DNA of 44,051 nt from a virus. A model generated the notes under the pieces. That model ran no database searches and was not told the origin of the DNA. It saw only the letters and a list, made by a program, of their open reading frames with translations. The DNA is taken from IMG/VR virus record IMGVR_UViG_3300029705_000244. The stretch is one strand, 5' to 3'. Position 1 is the first letter of the stretch. Each line of letters opens with the position of its first letter. The translations under genes and the position numbers were made by a program. Shown here in pieces: positions 23,042 to 32,075 of the stretch.

Positions 23042-23043
23042 GG

Positions 23044-23286
23044 GTGATGATGTTGAAATTAGAAAGTGATTGTGTTGGTACTATGTATGCGAATGTTCAC
23101 GGTCAGGAAATACCGATTGCATACTTGATTTCAGAAGTTCGTTGGCAAAAGGGATGTACGAACTATGAAGAACTGAAAGAACGGTGCAGCGGAATAGAAC
23201 TGGATGATAAAGCATTGAAACGTGCGGTTCGCAAAATCAAATGGTCATTGTTGTGGTTGAGTATTAAGAACTTATTCACAAAGTAA
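23044..23286 (+). CDS. Hypothetical protein
   Basis: ORF only. Start is ambiguous (GTG 23044 or ATG 23047). Confidence 0.5.
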   Translation: MMMLKLESDCVGTMYANVHGQEIPIAYLISEVRWQKGCTNYEELKERCSGIELDDKALKRAVRKIKWSLLWLSIKNLFTK

Positions 23287-23542
23287 CGGTTGGTTACGGT
23301 TGGTTACAGTTGAAAGGTTACGGTTAAAACCCTTATAAAATAAGGTGGTTACGGTTGGTTACGGTTAAAACTAATTTCTTTAATATAACAAAAAAAAAAT
23401 ATATTTCATATTAGAATATTAAAAATATAAATATATAGGGAATGAAGTGCAAACCGTAACCGTAACATCCGTAACCCTTGCATAAAATAAGGGTTTGAAG
23501 GGATTTTTGAACCGTAACTTGAAACGTAACTTTCCGTAACCG
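23283..23542. repeat. Regulatory module 2: AT-rich promoter-like core (23367-23451) flanked by opposed arrays of GGTTACGG / CCGTAACC
   Basis: Six forward copies (23283v, 23293, 23303v, 23317, 23348, 23358) and six reverse copies (23454, 23460, 23469, 23512, 23524v, 23534), where v marks a variant. It shares a 19-mer, a 15-mer and the core TTAGAA..ATAAATATATAG with module 1. Confidence 0.85.
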
Positions 23543-23564
23543 ATAGGAAAGGACAGGTGAAAAC

Positions 23565-24014
23565 ATGAGTGATAAGAAGAAATTGACTGCAAGACAGTAT
23601 TTAGAGCAGTTAGAAACTATTGATATTAAAATCAATCAGCATTTAGAACGGTTATCTGAAATGAAAGCAAATGCGACAAGTACCGGGGCAATAGATTATT
23701 CTAAGGACAGGGTGCAGACTTCTTTGTTAGGGGACAAGTTGAGTAATGATGTAGGAAGGTATGTTGATTTTGATGCACAGATAAATGCAGAAATAGACCA
23801 ATTTGTTGATGCAAAAAGTCAAATTATTGCTGAAATACAGGGGTTAAATGTGAAAAATTATATTCAGGTGCTATTCAAAAGGTACGTGCAGTATAAGAAT
23901 CTGAAAGTGACCGCATCTGAAATGAATATGTCATATCAGTATGTGCGTGACCTACATAAGAAAGCACTTGCATTGTTCGGTGAAACCTACAAAAACCTAC
24001 ATTACTTAACATAG
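23565..24014 (+). CDS. Sigma-70 region-4-like late transcriptional regulator (DUF1492/ArpU-RinA class)
   Basis: C-terminal YIQVLFKRYVQYKNLKVTASEMNMSYQYVRDLHKKAL resembles sigma region 4. It sits immediately upstream of terS. Confidence 0.65.
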   Translation: MSDKKKLTARQYLEQLETIDIKINQHLERLSEMKANATSTGAIDYSKDRVQTSLLGDKLSNDVGRYVDFDAQINAEIDQFVDAKSQIIAEIQGLNVKNYIQVLFKRYVQYKNLKVTASEMNMSYQYVRDLHKKALALFGETYKNLHYLT

Positions 24015-24079
24015 AACCTACACTTGTTATTATTTACACACATTATTTATTATGATAGACTATATGCTGAAAATCCATG

Positions 24080-24120
24080 TTGCTGAAAGAAAAGTATTTC
24101 TTTCAGCAATTTTTATTTTT
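24080..24120 (+). terminator. Strong rho-independent terminator between the late regulator and terS
   Basis: ttgctgaaagaaa-agta-tttctttcagcaa (13-bp stem) followed by tttttattttt. Confidence 0.85.
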
Positions 24121-24140
24121 AAGGAAAGGGGTGTTGCGGA

Positions 24141-24644
24141 ATGGCAAAAAAACTGACCAAGAAGCAGCAGTTATTTGTTGATGAATACCTGATTGACCTG
24201 AACGCAACACAGGCTGCAATTCGTGCGGGATATTCTGTTGATACTGCAAGGGAAATAGGATGCGAAAACCTTACAAAACCTAACATTCAACAGGCTATTG
24301 CTGAACACATGGCTGAACGCAGCAAACGAACAGGAATCAATCAGGACAGGGTTGTTTTAGAACTTGCTAAGATTGCCTTTGTAAAAATGACGGACGTTGT
24401 TGACCCTGATACTGGTGAAATACTTCCAAATGCTTCGGATGATGACCTTGCCTGTATTGAATCAGTGAAGTTCAAACAATCTGATAATCAGTACGGTGGA
24501 AGCATTGAACGTGAAGTGAAATTATCATCCAAGATGAAAGCACTGGAACTGTTGGGTAAACACTTGGGTATGTGGAATGACAAGATAAATGTGAATGTTG
24601 CAGTTCCTGTTGTTATATCAGGTGAAGATGCCCTTGAAGATTAG
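24141..24644 (+). CDS. terS: Terminase small subunit
   Basis: LTKKQQLFVDEYLIDLNATQAAIRAGYSVDTAREIGCENLTKPNIQ is the typical Terminase_2 N-terminus. Confidence 0.9.
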   Translation: MAKKLTKKQQLFVDEYLIDLNATQAAIRAGYSVDTAREIGCENLTKPNIQQAIAEHMAERSKRTGINQDRVVLELAKIAFVKMTDVVDPDTGEILPNASDDDLACIESVKFKQSDNQYGGSIEREVKLSSKMKALELLGKHLGMWNDKINVNVAVPVVISGEDALED

Positions 24645-24652
24645 GCGGGTAA

Positions 24653-26002
24653 TTGCCTATGGTAAAAGAACGCAGCATATCATCACAGTATGTGTTTGGG
24701 TACATGAAATACATTTTGTACCCGGAAGATTACAAACCAAAGACTTCCAACGGTAAACAGGTTGTAAGACTGCCGGAAGTAGTTGGTAAGGGTTACGGTA
24801 CATTTTGGCGGTGGAAAGGTAGATACAGGGTGTGCAAAGGTTCACGTGCATCCAAGAAATCAAAAACCACTGCACTTTGGTACATAACCAACATGATGAA
24901 ATACCCTGATGCAAACTTGCTTGTTGTCAGGAAAACATTCAGAACCTTAAAGGATTCCTGTTTCACAGAATTAAAATGGGCTATTCACCGCTTGGGTGTT
25001 GATGCACACTGGGAAATTAAGGAATCACCACTTGAAATGACCTACAAACCGACAGGTCAGAAGATATATTTTAGGGGTCTTGATGACCCTTTGAAAGTAA
25101 CATCCATTACCACAGACAAAGGTTGCCTATGTTGGATGTGGATTGAAGAAGCATACGAAATCAGTTCAGAAGATGATTTCAATATGCTTGATGAATCAAT
25201 CCGTGGTGCTATCCCGGAAGGTTCAGGGTTGTTCAAACAAATTACCCTGACATTGAACCCTTGGAATGAACACCACTGGATAAAGAAACGATTCTTTGAC
25301 AACCCGGATGATGAAACACTTGCAATGACCACCAACTATAAATGCAATGAATGGTTGGATAAGGCTGACTTGAAGGTCTTTGAAACCATGAAGAAGCAGA
25401 ACCCAAGACGTTACAGAGTAGCGGGACTTGGTGACTGGGGTATTGTTGACGGTCTTGTATATGAAAACTGGGAAGAAAAAGCATTTTCGATTGATGAAGT
25501 CAAAGCAATACCGGGTGTGAAATCTGTATTTGGTCTTGACTTTGGTTATACAAATGACCCTACTGCACTGTTCTGTGGATTCATAGACCAGTCAAGCAAA
25601 ACCATTTGGGTCTTTGATGAAATGTATAAGCCCGGCATGAGTAATGAAGCAATCGCAGCAGAAATCTTACGCATGGGTTACCTGAAAGAAAAGATAACTG
25701 CTGATTCTGCTGAACCTAAGAGTATTGACCGCTTGCGGGAACTTGGGTTGAAGGGAATCAGGAAAGCCCGCAAGGGTAAGGATTCCATAAACAACGGTAT
25801 TGACTTCATTCAGGACTATCACATTATAGTTCATCCAAGGTGTGTGAACTTCATCACTGAAATCAGCAACTATCAGTGGGACACAGACCCAAAGACAGGA
25901 AAGAAATTGAACATCCCTATTGATGACTTCAATCATCTTATGGATGCAATGCGTTATGCAGTTGAAAGTATTGCAAAAGGTGATGCTTTCAGTTTTGATT
26001 AG
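24653..26002 (+). CDS. terL: Terminase large subunit (PBSX-type)
   Basis: Walker-A-like KGSRASKKSKT and Walker B CWMWIEEA. C-terminal nuclease region with DFGYTNDPTAL and NHLMDAMRYA. Start is TTG 24653 or ATG 24659. Confidence 0.9.
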   Translation: MPMVKERSISSQYVFGYMKYILYPEDYKPKTSNGKQVVRLPEVVGKGYGTFWRWKGRYRVCKGSRASKKSKTTALWYITNMMKYPDANLLVVRKTFRTLKDSCFTELKWAIHRLGVDAHWEIKESPLEMTYKPTGQKIYFRGLDDPLKVTSITTDKGCLCWMWIEEAYEISSEDDFNMLDESIRGAIPEGSGLFKQITLTLNPWNEHHWIKKRFFDNPDDETLAMTTNYKCNEWLDKADLKVFETMKKQNPRRYRVAGLGDWGIVDGLVYENWEEKAFSIDEVKAIPGVKSVFGLDFGYTNDPTALFCGFIDQSSKTIWVFDEMYKPGMSNEAIAAEILRMGYLKEKITADSAEPKSIDRLRELGLKGIRKARKGKDSINNGIDFIQDYHIIVHPRCVNFITEISNYQWDTDPKTGKKLNIPIDDFNHLMDAMRYAVESIAKGDAFSFD

Positions 26003-26144
26003 ACGTTATCGGATAGGATGCACAGTGTCAGCAACCTGACCGTGGGAAAGTCACTGGTTGTCAAATACCTTACTCCGGGGACGGTGGCACTTGGTCACCG
26101 TTTATGGCACTTGCATCACTATTTTTCATATTATCAAAAACCCT

Positions 26145-26183
26145 AACGTGCATGATTGTGACTTTCATGCACGTTACGTTTTT
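26145..26183 (+). terminator. Hairpin/terminator in the terL-portal intergenic region
   Basis: aacgtgcatg (26145-26154) / catgcacgtt (26166-26175), 11-nt loop, then acgttttt. Confidence 0.6.
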
Positions 26184-26217
26184 ATATATCACATAAAGAA
26201 AGGGGTGAATTGAACCA

Positions 26218-27753
26218 TTGTTCAGTAACCTAATTGACACATTGACCTTGAAGGTCAGCAATTTCATATTGTCAGGGGTTCATTCAAGGATGACTGATAG
26301 ACAGTTTCTTGAAAAGGAAATCCAAAAGTGGGAATATTCCCCTAAAAGACTGATGCAGATTAAGGGTTTTCTGTATTATGACGGTGACCATGATATTATG
26401 ACCCGCAAACGTACAATGATAGGTGAGAACGGACAACTGGAAGTTGTTGAAAACCTTCCAAACAACCGCATCATTGATAATCAGTACGCAAAAATGGTCA
26501 ATCAGAAAGCAAATTACCTGTTCGGTAAACCTATCACACTTAACGGTGATAATGACCAGTACATTGAACTTCTCAAAAAGGTGTTCAATAAGAAGTTTAT
26601 GAAAACCCTGAAAAACAGTGGTAAAGCTGCATACAATGGGGGTATTGCTTGGTTATACCCTTATTACAATGAACAGGGTGAATTTTCGTTCAGACTGTTC
26701 CCGGCTTATGAAATTCTTCCATTTTGGAAGGACAACGAACACACAATATTAGACTTTGCACTTAGAATGTATTTGACGATTGGGTATGAAGGAACAACCC
26801 CAGTCATCATCAAGAAAGTAGAAGTGTATGATTTGGACGGTGTGCATAAATTCATTTATGACCATGACAGACTGATACCTGATATTGTGAATGATGAAGT
26901 GCCGGATGTACCACACGTCACCATGATTGACGGTCAGGGAAAGGTGACAGGGTTCAACTGGTCACGTGTTCCTTTGATTCCGTTGAAGTACAATGAAAAT
27001 GAAACACCGTTGCTGAAAAAGGTAAAATCCTTACAGGACGGTATCAATATTATGTTGTCGGACTTTGAAAACAATATGCAAGAAGATGCCCGCAACACTA
27101 TTTTGGTGTTGAAGAACTATGACGGTCAGAACCTTGGTGAGTTCAGAAAGAACCTTGCAACATACGGTGCAGTCAAAGTCAGGTATGACGGTGACACAAA
27201 GGGTGGTGTTGAAACCCTTGAAATCACGGTCAATGCGGATAACTACAAGGCTATTGTGGAAATCTTCAAGAAAGCCCTGATTGAAAATGCTATGGGTTAT
27301 GATGCAAAAGATGATAGAATGTCCGGCAATCCAAATCAGATGAACATTCAATCAATGTATTCTGATATTGACCTTGATGCAAATGACACCGAAACGGAAT
27401 ATCAGGCATCCTTTGAAGATATACTTTGGTTTGTGAACGCACACCTTGCGAACACAGGACAGGGTGACTTTGAAGGTCAGGAAGTAACCATTATTTTCAA
27501 CCGTGATATTCTTATCAATGAAAGTGAAGCAATAGATAACTGTCAGAAGTCTATGGGTCTGTTATCTGATGAAACAATTATCAGTATGCACCCTTGGGTG
27601 GATGACCCACAGGCAGAATTGGAACGTTTGGAAAAGCAGAAGCAGAAACAACAGGAAGAACTTGAAAAACAGTACAATCCTTTTCAGCAGAAGCAGAACC
27701 CAACAGACCCAAACAACCCTGATGATGACCCAACACAAGGCGGTGATGAATAA
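26218..27753 (+). CDS. Portal protein (SPP1 gp6 type)
   Basis: IKGFLYYDGDHDIMTRKR...NNRIIDNQYAKMVNQKANYLFGKPITL resembles SPP1-family portals. The acidic/Gln-rich C-terminus is typical. The TTG start is uncertain (alternative ATG at 26290). Confidence 0.85.
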   Translation: MFSNLIDTLTLKVSNFILSGVHSRMTDRQFLEKEIQKWEYSPKRLMQIKGFLYYDGDHDIMTRKRTMIGENGQLEVVENLPNNRIIDNQYAKMVNQKANYLFGKPITLNGDNDQYIELLKKVFNKKFMKTLKNSGKAAYNGGIAWLYPYYNEQGEFSFRLFPAYEILPFWKDNEHTILDFALRMYLTIGYEGTTPVIIKKVEVYDLDGVHKFIYDHDRLIPDIVNDEVPDVPHVTMIDGQGKVTGFNWSRVPLIPLKYNENETPLLKKVKSLQDGINIMLSDFENNMQEDARNTILVLKNYDGQNLGEFRKNLATYGAVKVRYDGDTKGGVETLEITVNADNYKAIVEIFKKALIENAMGYDAKDDRMSGNPNQMNIQSMYSDIDLDANDTETEYQASFEDILWFVNAHLANTGQGDFEGQEVTIIFNRDILINESEAIDNCQKSMGLLSDETIISMHPWVDDPQAELERLEKQKQKQQEELEKQYNPFQQKQNPTDPNNPDDDPTQGGDE

Positions 27754-29573
27754 TGCCAAATTCTGAATACTGGAAGAAACGGTTTGAACTTCTTGAACAG
27801 TCGCAGAACCAGTTGGGTATTCAGTGCTATGCTGATATAGAAAGACAGTACAGACAAGCCCAAAAACAGATTGAAGGTCAATTATCTTCTTGGTATCAGC
27901 GGTTTGCATCAAATAATGGTATCACTGTTCAGGAAGCCCGCAAGATGCTGACTGCAAAAGAACTGGAAGAATTTAAGTGGGACGTACATGAGTATATCCG
28001 CTATGGTCAGGAAAATGCAATCAATGGTGCTTGGTGTAAGCAGCTTGAAAACGCATCAGCCCGGTTTCACATTAGTAGACTGGAAGCATTGAAAATTCAT
28101 ACACAACAATCACTTGAAGTGATGTTTGGGAATCAGTTGGATTCCATTGATTCAGCAATGCGGGAAATTTACACAAGCGGGTATTATCACACCGCCTTTG
28201 AAATACAGAAGGGTGTGGGTGTCGGTTGGGACTTTTCCACACTGGATGACAAGCAGATTTCTAAGGTCATCAACAAACCTTGGGCTGCTGACGGTAAGAA
28301 CTTTTCACAAAGGATTTGGGGCAACCGTCAAAAGTTGGTCAATGAACTGAACACTGAACTGACCCGCAATATTATCTTAGGGCAAGACCCGCAGAAAGCA
28401 ATAGATGCGATTGCCCGGAAGATGAACACATCAAAGTCAAATGCCGGGCGGTTAGTTATGACGGAAGAAGCCTTTTTCAGTTCCGCAGCACAAAAGGACT
28501 GTTTCACTGAACTTGACGTTGAACAGTTTGAAGTGTTGGCAACATTGGATTCACATACTTCTGATATTTGTCAGGATATGGACGGTAAACACTTTCCTAT
28601 GTCACAATGGGAAGTTGGAACAACCGCACCGCCTTTTCACGTGCGTTGCAGAAGTACCACAATACCGTACTTTGATGATGACTTTGGTGCGATTGGTGAA
28701 CGTGCTGCAAGGGGTGCAGACGGTAAAACGTACTTTGTTCCGGCAAATATGACCTATAAGGAATGGGAAAAGTCCTTCTTGACAGGTGATGATAAGTCAG
28801 GATTGCAAGAAATCCCAGCTGATGATACAATTAAGGTGGAAGAAGTAAAGGTTGAAGAAGTTCAAACACCTGAACCGATTGTTGAACCCATTGAATACAA
28901 AGAACCTGTTCATGCTGATTATGTCAGATTGTTGCATGGGTCACAAAAGGCGGTTTCCCTTGATGATAGGATGCAGATTGCTAAACATGAAAAACCTGAC
29001 GGTTCACAAAATGGTGGATATGTGGCAACCACAAATTACAGTACAATCAATTCCAACATGAGAAATGACGGTTATTCAGGTAACCAGTTAGATGATGACG
29101 ATAGGAAAACCATTGAATCATTGCGTACTGCAATATCTGCTTATGAACTGGATGATGATTTCATTATGACAAGGTATGTCAATGCTGATTATCTAACAGA
29201 AGTATTTGGTATTACTGGTGCATACAATAAGCGGGATATACCGTCAAGATTGGCAAATTCTTTTGTCAATGTGGCAAATCCTTATGTTGTAAAAACGGAA
29301 ATACCAAGAATTACGGAAGAACTGCAAGCACTTATTGGTGAATGTATCACTGAAAAAGCCTTTATTTCAACCAGTGTGATACCGACAAAGAATATTATGA
29401 AAGATAAAGCGGTGTTGTTCAGGATTCAAGCAAAGAAGGGAACACACTGTTATCTTCCTGTAAACAGGAAAGAATCTGAATGTATCTTTGCCGATAACTC
29501 AAAGTTATATATTCGTGATGTTCAGTGGGATGACCAGTCAAGAAAATGGGTCATTACTGCTGAAATAGAATAG
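27753..29573 (+). CDS. Minor head protein (MuF / SPP1 gp7 domain) fused to a C-terminal ADP-ribosyltransferase toxin domain
   Basis: MuF motif TLDSHTSDICQDMDGK...PPFHVRCRSTT. C-terminal R-S-E triad: MTRYV (Arg 29171-29173), FISTSV (29367-29375), KESECIF (ExE 29472-29480). Confidence 0.85.
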   Translation: MPNSEYWKKRFELLEQSQNQLGIQCYADIERQYRQAQKQIEGQLSSWYQRFASNNGITVQEARKMLTAKELEEFKWDVHEYIRYGQENAINGAWCKQLENASARFHISRLEALKIHTQQSLEVMFGNQLDSIDSAMREIYTSGYYHTAFEIQKGVGVGWDFSTLDDKQISKVINKPWAADGKNFSQRIWGNRQKLVNELNTELTRNIILGQDPQKAIDAIARKMNTSKSNAGRLVMTEEAFFSSAAQKDCFTELDVEQFEVLATLDSHTSDICQDMDGKHFPMSQWEVGTTAPPFHVRCRSTTIPYFDDDFGAIGERAARGADGKTYFVPANMTYKEWEKSFLTGDDKSGLQEIPADDTIKVEEVKVEEVQTPEPIVEPIEYKEPVHADYVRLLHGSQKAVSLDDRMQIAKHEKPDGSQNGGYVATTNYSTINSNMRNDGYSGNQLDDDDRKTIESLRTAISAYELDDDFIMTRYVNADYLTEVFGITGAYNKRDIPSRLANSFVNVANPYVVKTEIPRITEELQALIGECITEKAFISTSVIPTKNIMKDKAVLFRIQAKKGTHCYLPVNRKESECIFADNSKLYIRDVQWDDQSRKWVITAEIE

Positions 29574-29584
29574 GCGGTGATAGA

Positions 29585-29809
29585 ATGGATGATTACAAAG
29601 GTATTGAACTTGCATATATACCGCAGTGTGCGGTGTGTAAATGTGTAAAGGGTAAAGGGTGCAAGGCATTTGATACTGATACACGTGATGCAAAGTATTA
29701 TGATAGTCAACATGAAGATTTTTCAAGGTGTGATAAGTTTGAATTGAATGAATCCGCACCAAAGGTTGAGAGGTTCAAAGAGTTATCAAAGGGATATAAT
29801 TGGAAGTAG
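29585..29809 (+). CDS. Small Cys-rich hypothetical protein (moron)
   Basis: CAVCKCVKGKGC motif. Followed by its own terminator. Confidence 0.55.
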   Translation: MDDYKGIELAYIPQCAVCKCVKGKGCKAFDTDTRDAKYYDSQHEDFSRCDKFELNESAPKVERFKELSKGYNWK

Positions 29810-29810
29810 A

Positions 29811-29839
29811 AAAGCACGGTCATTTGACGGTGCTTTTTT
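29811..29839 (+). terminator. Rho-independent terminator
   Basis: aaagcac...gtgcttt stem with an inner gtc/gac pair, then a tttttt run. Confidence 0.65.
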
Positions 29840-29930
29840 CATACCCTAAGAAATACCCATTGACCTGATTTTAATGGTTATATGGTGATTATATGAGTTT
29901 TCAAGTATATTCAGGAAGGTGGTGAACAAC

Positions 29931-30197
29931 ATGATGAATTTTGGTGCAGCATTGGAAGCCCTGAAAGCGGGTCAGAAGGTCGCAAGAAAGGGTTGGAACG
30001 GTCAGGGACAGTTCTTATTTCTTGTCAAAGGTAACACACTGGAATATTCCGTTGATGCGGATATGACCTGTTTACTTGATAAGGAACTGGTACACCCTGA
30101 TGTTATTGCTATCAAGACAACTGCTGATATGATTCAGGTGGGTTGGTTAGCAAGTCAGACAGATATGCTTTCAGAAGATTGGTATATCGTAGAGTAG
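29931..30197 (+). CDS. DUF2829-family protein (Tad2-like candidate anti-defence nucleotide sponge)
   Basis: MMNFGAALEALKAGQKVARKGWNGQGQFLFLV ... GWLASQTDMLSEDWYIV matches the DUF2829 pattern as I remember it. ATG 29931 follows aggtgg by 8 nt. Confidence 0.7.
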   Translation: MMNFGAALEALKAGQKVARKGWNGQGQFLFLVKGNTLEYSVDADMTCLLDKELVHPDVIAIKTTADMIQVGWLASQTDMLSEDWYIVE

Positions 30198-30204
30198 TGA
30201 AAAG

Positions 30205-30229
30205 ACACCCTTCCGGGTGTTTTTATTTT
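30205..30229 (+). terminator. Rho-independent terminator
   Basis: acaccc-ttcc-gggtgt followed by ttttatttt. Confidence 0.8.
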
Positions 30230-30319
30230 GCGGGTTGTCAAGCGTATAACCGAACAAACCAAACAATCATGTGTGAGTGAACACGTACAAAAACGTAATT
30301 GAAAGTGAGGAAAAAAGAA

Positions 30320-30943
30320 ATGACAAGAAAAGAATTAGAGGATTTAGGACTTTCCAAGGAACAGGCTGATGCAGTTATCAAAATCAATGGTGCGGATATT
30401 GAAAATGCAAAATCTGCATCCGCTGCTGAAATTAAGAACTTACAGACAGAGGTGTCCGGGTTAAAGACACAGGTTTCTGATAGAGATAAGCAGCTTGAAA
30501 CGTTAAAGGCAACTGCCGGGGACAATGAAGCACTGAAAACACAGATTGCTGATTTACAGGCAGAGAATACCAAGACCAAAGAAGCCCATGAATCCGAAAT
30601 GACCCAGTTGAAGATTGATTTTGCAGTTGAAAAGGCATTGACCGGGGCAAACGCAAAGAACGTGAAAGCGGTCAAGGCACTGTTAGACCTTACGGATGCC
30701 AAACTTGACAAGGAAGGTAGTGTTAAGGGGTTACAGGAACAGATTGATAAGTTGATTGCGGATGAAGGAACTAAGTTCCTTTTTGATGTTCAGCAGACAA
30801 ATCAGAATCAGCAGCAGTTCAAGGGATTTCAGCCGGGTGCATCCAGTGAACAACCGGGTGCGGGGTCAGAAGTGGATTTTTCCAAGATGACCTATGAACA
30901 GTTGACTGCATATATGGAAGCAAATCCTAATGCACAAATCTAA
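30320..30943 (+). CDS. Scaffolding protein
   Basis: Coiled-coil, Glu/Lys/Gln-rich, immediately upstream of the capsid gene (MTRKELEDLGLSKEQADAVIKINGADIENAK...). Confidence 0.75.
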   Translation: MTRKELEDLGLSKEQADAVIKINGADIENAKSASAAEIKNLQTEVSGLKTQVSDRDKQLETLKATAGDNEALKTQIADLQAENTKTKEAHESEMTQLKIDFAVEKALTGANAKNVKAVKALLDLTDAKLDKEGSVKGLQEQIDKLIADEGTKFLFDVQQTNQNQQQFKGFQPGASSEQPGAGSEVDFSKMTYEQLTAYMEANPNAQI

Positions 30944-30972
30944 CAAGAAAATTGAAAGGTAGGTAATTGAAA

Positions 30973-32049
30973 ATGGCAAAATTTGATGCTAAGAGTTTCA
31001 ATGAAAGAGCATTTGGTAAGTACATGAGTGCTGTTCCAAATACCAAATTGAACAAGTTACGTGAATCTAAGGCAATCGTAGGTGATGCAAGATTACGTGA
31101 AACTTTTGTGAATAATTCGCAGACAGGTAGTGTGTACGCAATCCTTCCTTACTTTGGACTGCTTGGCGGTACTGCACAGAACTATGACGGTGTTTCCAAC
31201 TTAACACCGGGAAAAACTGACACCTTTGAACAGGGTGTTTTCACTTATGGTCGAATGAACGGTTGGACGGAAGCAGATTTCAGTTATGATGTAACTGGTG
31301 GTACTGACTTCATGGCAAACGTAAGAGAGCAGATTAACGAATACTGGAACGGTGTTGACCAGGATGTAATTCTTGCAATCCTTGAAGGTATTTTTGGTAT
31401 GGCTGCAACTGGTACAGGTGCAATCAAGACTGCTAACGCAGAATTTGTTGACAAGCACACACATGATATTTCTGCAAATGCAGAAGGTGGTAACATGGAT
31501 GCAACTACCCTGAACACTGCAATTCAGAAGGCTTGTGGTGATAACAAGGGTAAGTTTAAGTTGGTTTACTGCCACAGTGCGGTTGCAACTAACCTTGAAA
31601 ACCTGAAACTGCTTGCGTACTTAAAGTACACAGATGCACAGGGTATTGAACGTGACCTTGAAATGGGTACTTGGAACGGTAGACTTGTCATCATTGATGA
31701 CAGTATGCCAACAGTAAACGTTGAAGCAACTGATGATGCCGCAGCATACACCAAGTATACCACATACGTTCTTGGTGAAGGTGCGATTGGTTTTGAACCT
31801 GTTGGTGCAAAAGTACCTTACGAAATGGTTCGTGATGCGAAGTTACACGGTGGTGAAGATACCCTTATTTCCCGTAAGAGAAACGCAGTGTCCGTTGCGG
31901 GTGTTTCTTACTTGAAAGCAAGTCAGGCAACAAATTCCCCTACTGATGCAGAACTTGCAAACGGTAAGAACTGGTCACTTGTAAGCAGTGAGAACAAGAC
32001 CATTGCACACAAGGCAGTTCCGATTGCAAGAATCATTTCCAGAGGTTAA
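30973..32049 (+). CDS. Major capsid protein
   Basis: 359-aa ORF after the scaffold gene with a strong RBS (gaaaggtaggtaa). Assigned by position and size; no motif was checked. Confidence 0.8.
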   Translation: MAKFDAKSFNERAFGKYMSAVPNTKLNKLRESKAIVGDARLRETFVNNSQTGSVYAILPYFGLLGGTAQNYDGVSNLTPGKTDTFEQGVFTYGRMNGWTEADFSYDVTGGTDFMANVREQINEYWNGVDQDVILAILEGIFGMAATGTGAIKTANAEFVDKHTHDISANAEGGNMDATTLNTAIQKACGDNKGKFKLVYCHSAVATNLENLKLLAYLKYTDAQGIERDLEMGTWNGRLVIIDDSMPTVNVEATDDAAAYTKYTTYVLGEGAIGFEPVGAKVPYEMVRDAKLHGGEDTLISRKRNAVSVAGVSYLKASQATNSPTDAELANGKNWSLVSSENKTIAHKAVPIARIISRG

Positions 32050-32075
32050 GCCGGGAAAGGGTCAGGTGGTTCAAT

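Noticed and set aside
26070-26267. Minus-strand ORF in the terL-portal gap
   Set aside because: There is no RBS, it is opposite to every neighbouring gene, it spans the hairpins and it runs into the portal start region.
29861-29900. Possible independent promoter for the DUF2829 gene (TTGACC at 29861)
   Set aside because: No acceptable -10 hexamer lies at 16-18 nt spacing, so it is not annotated.
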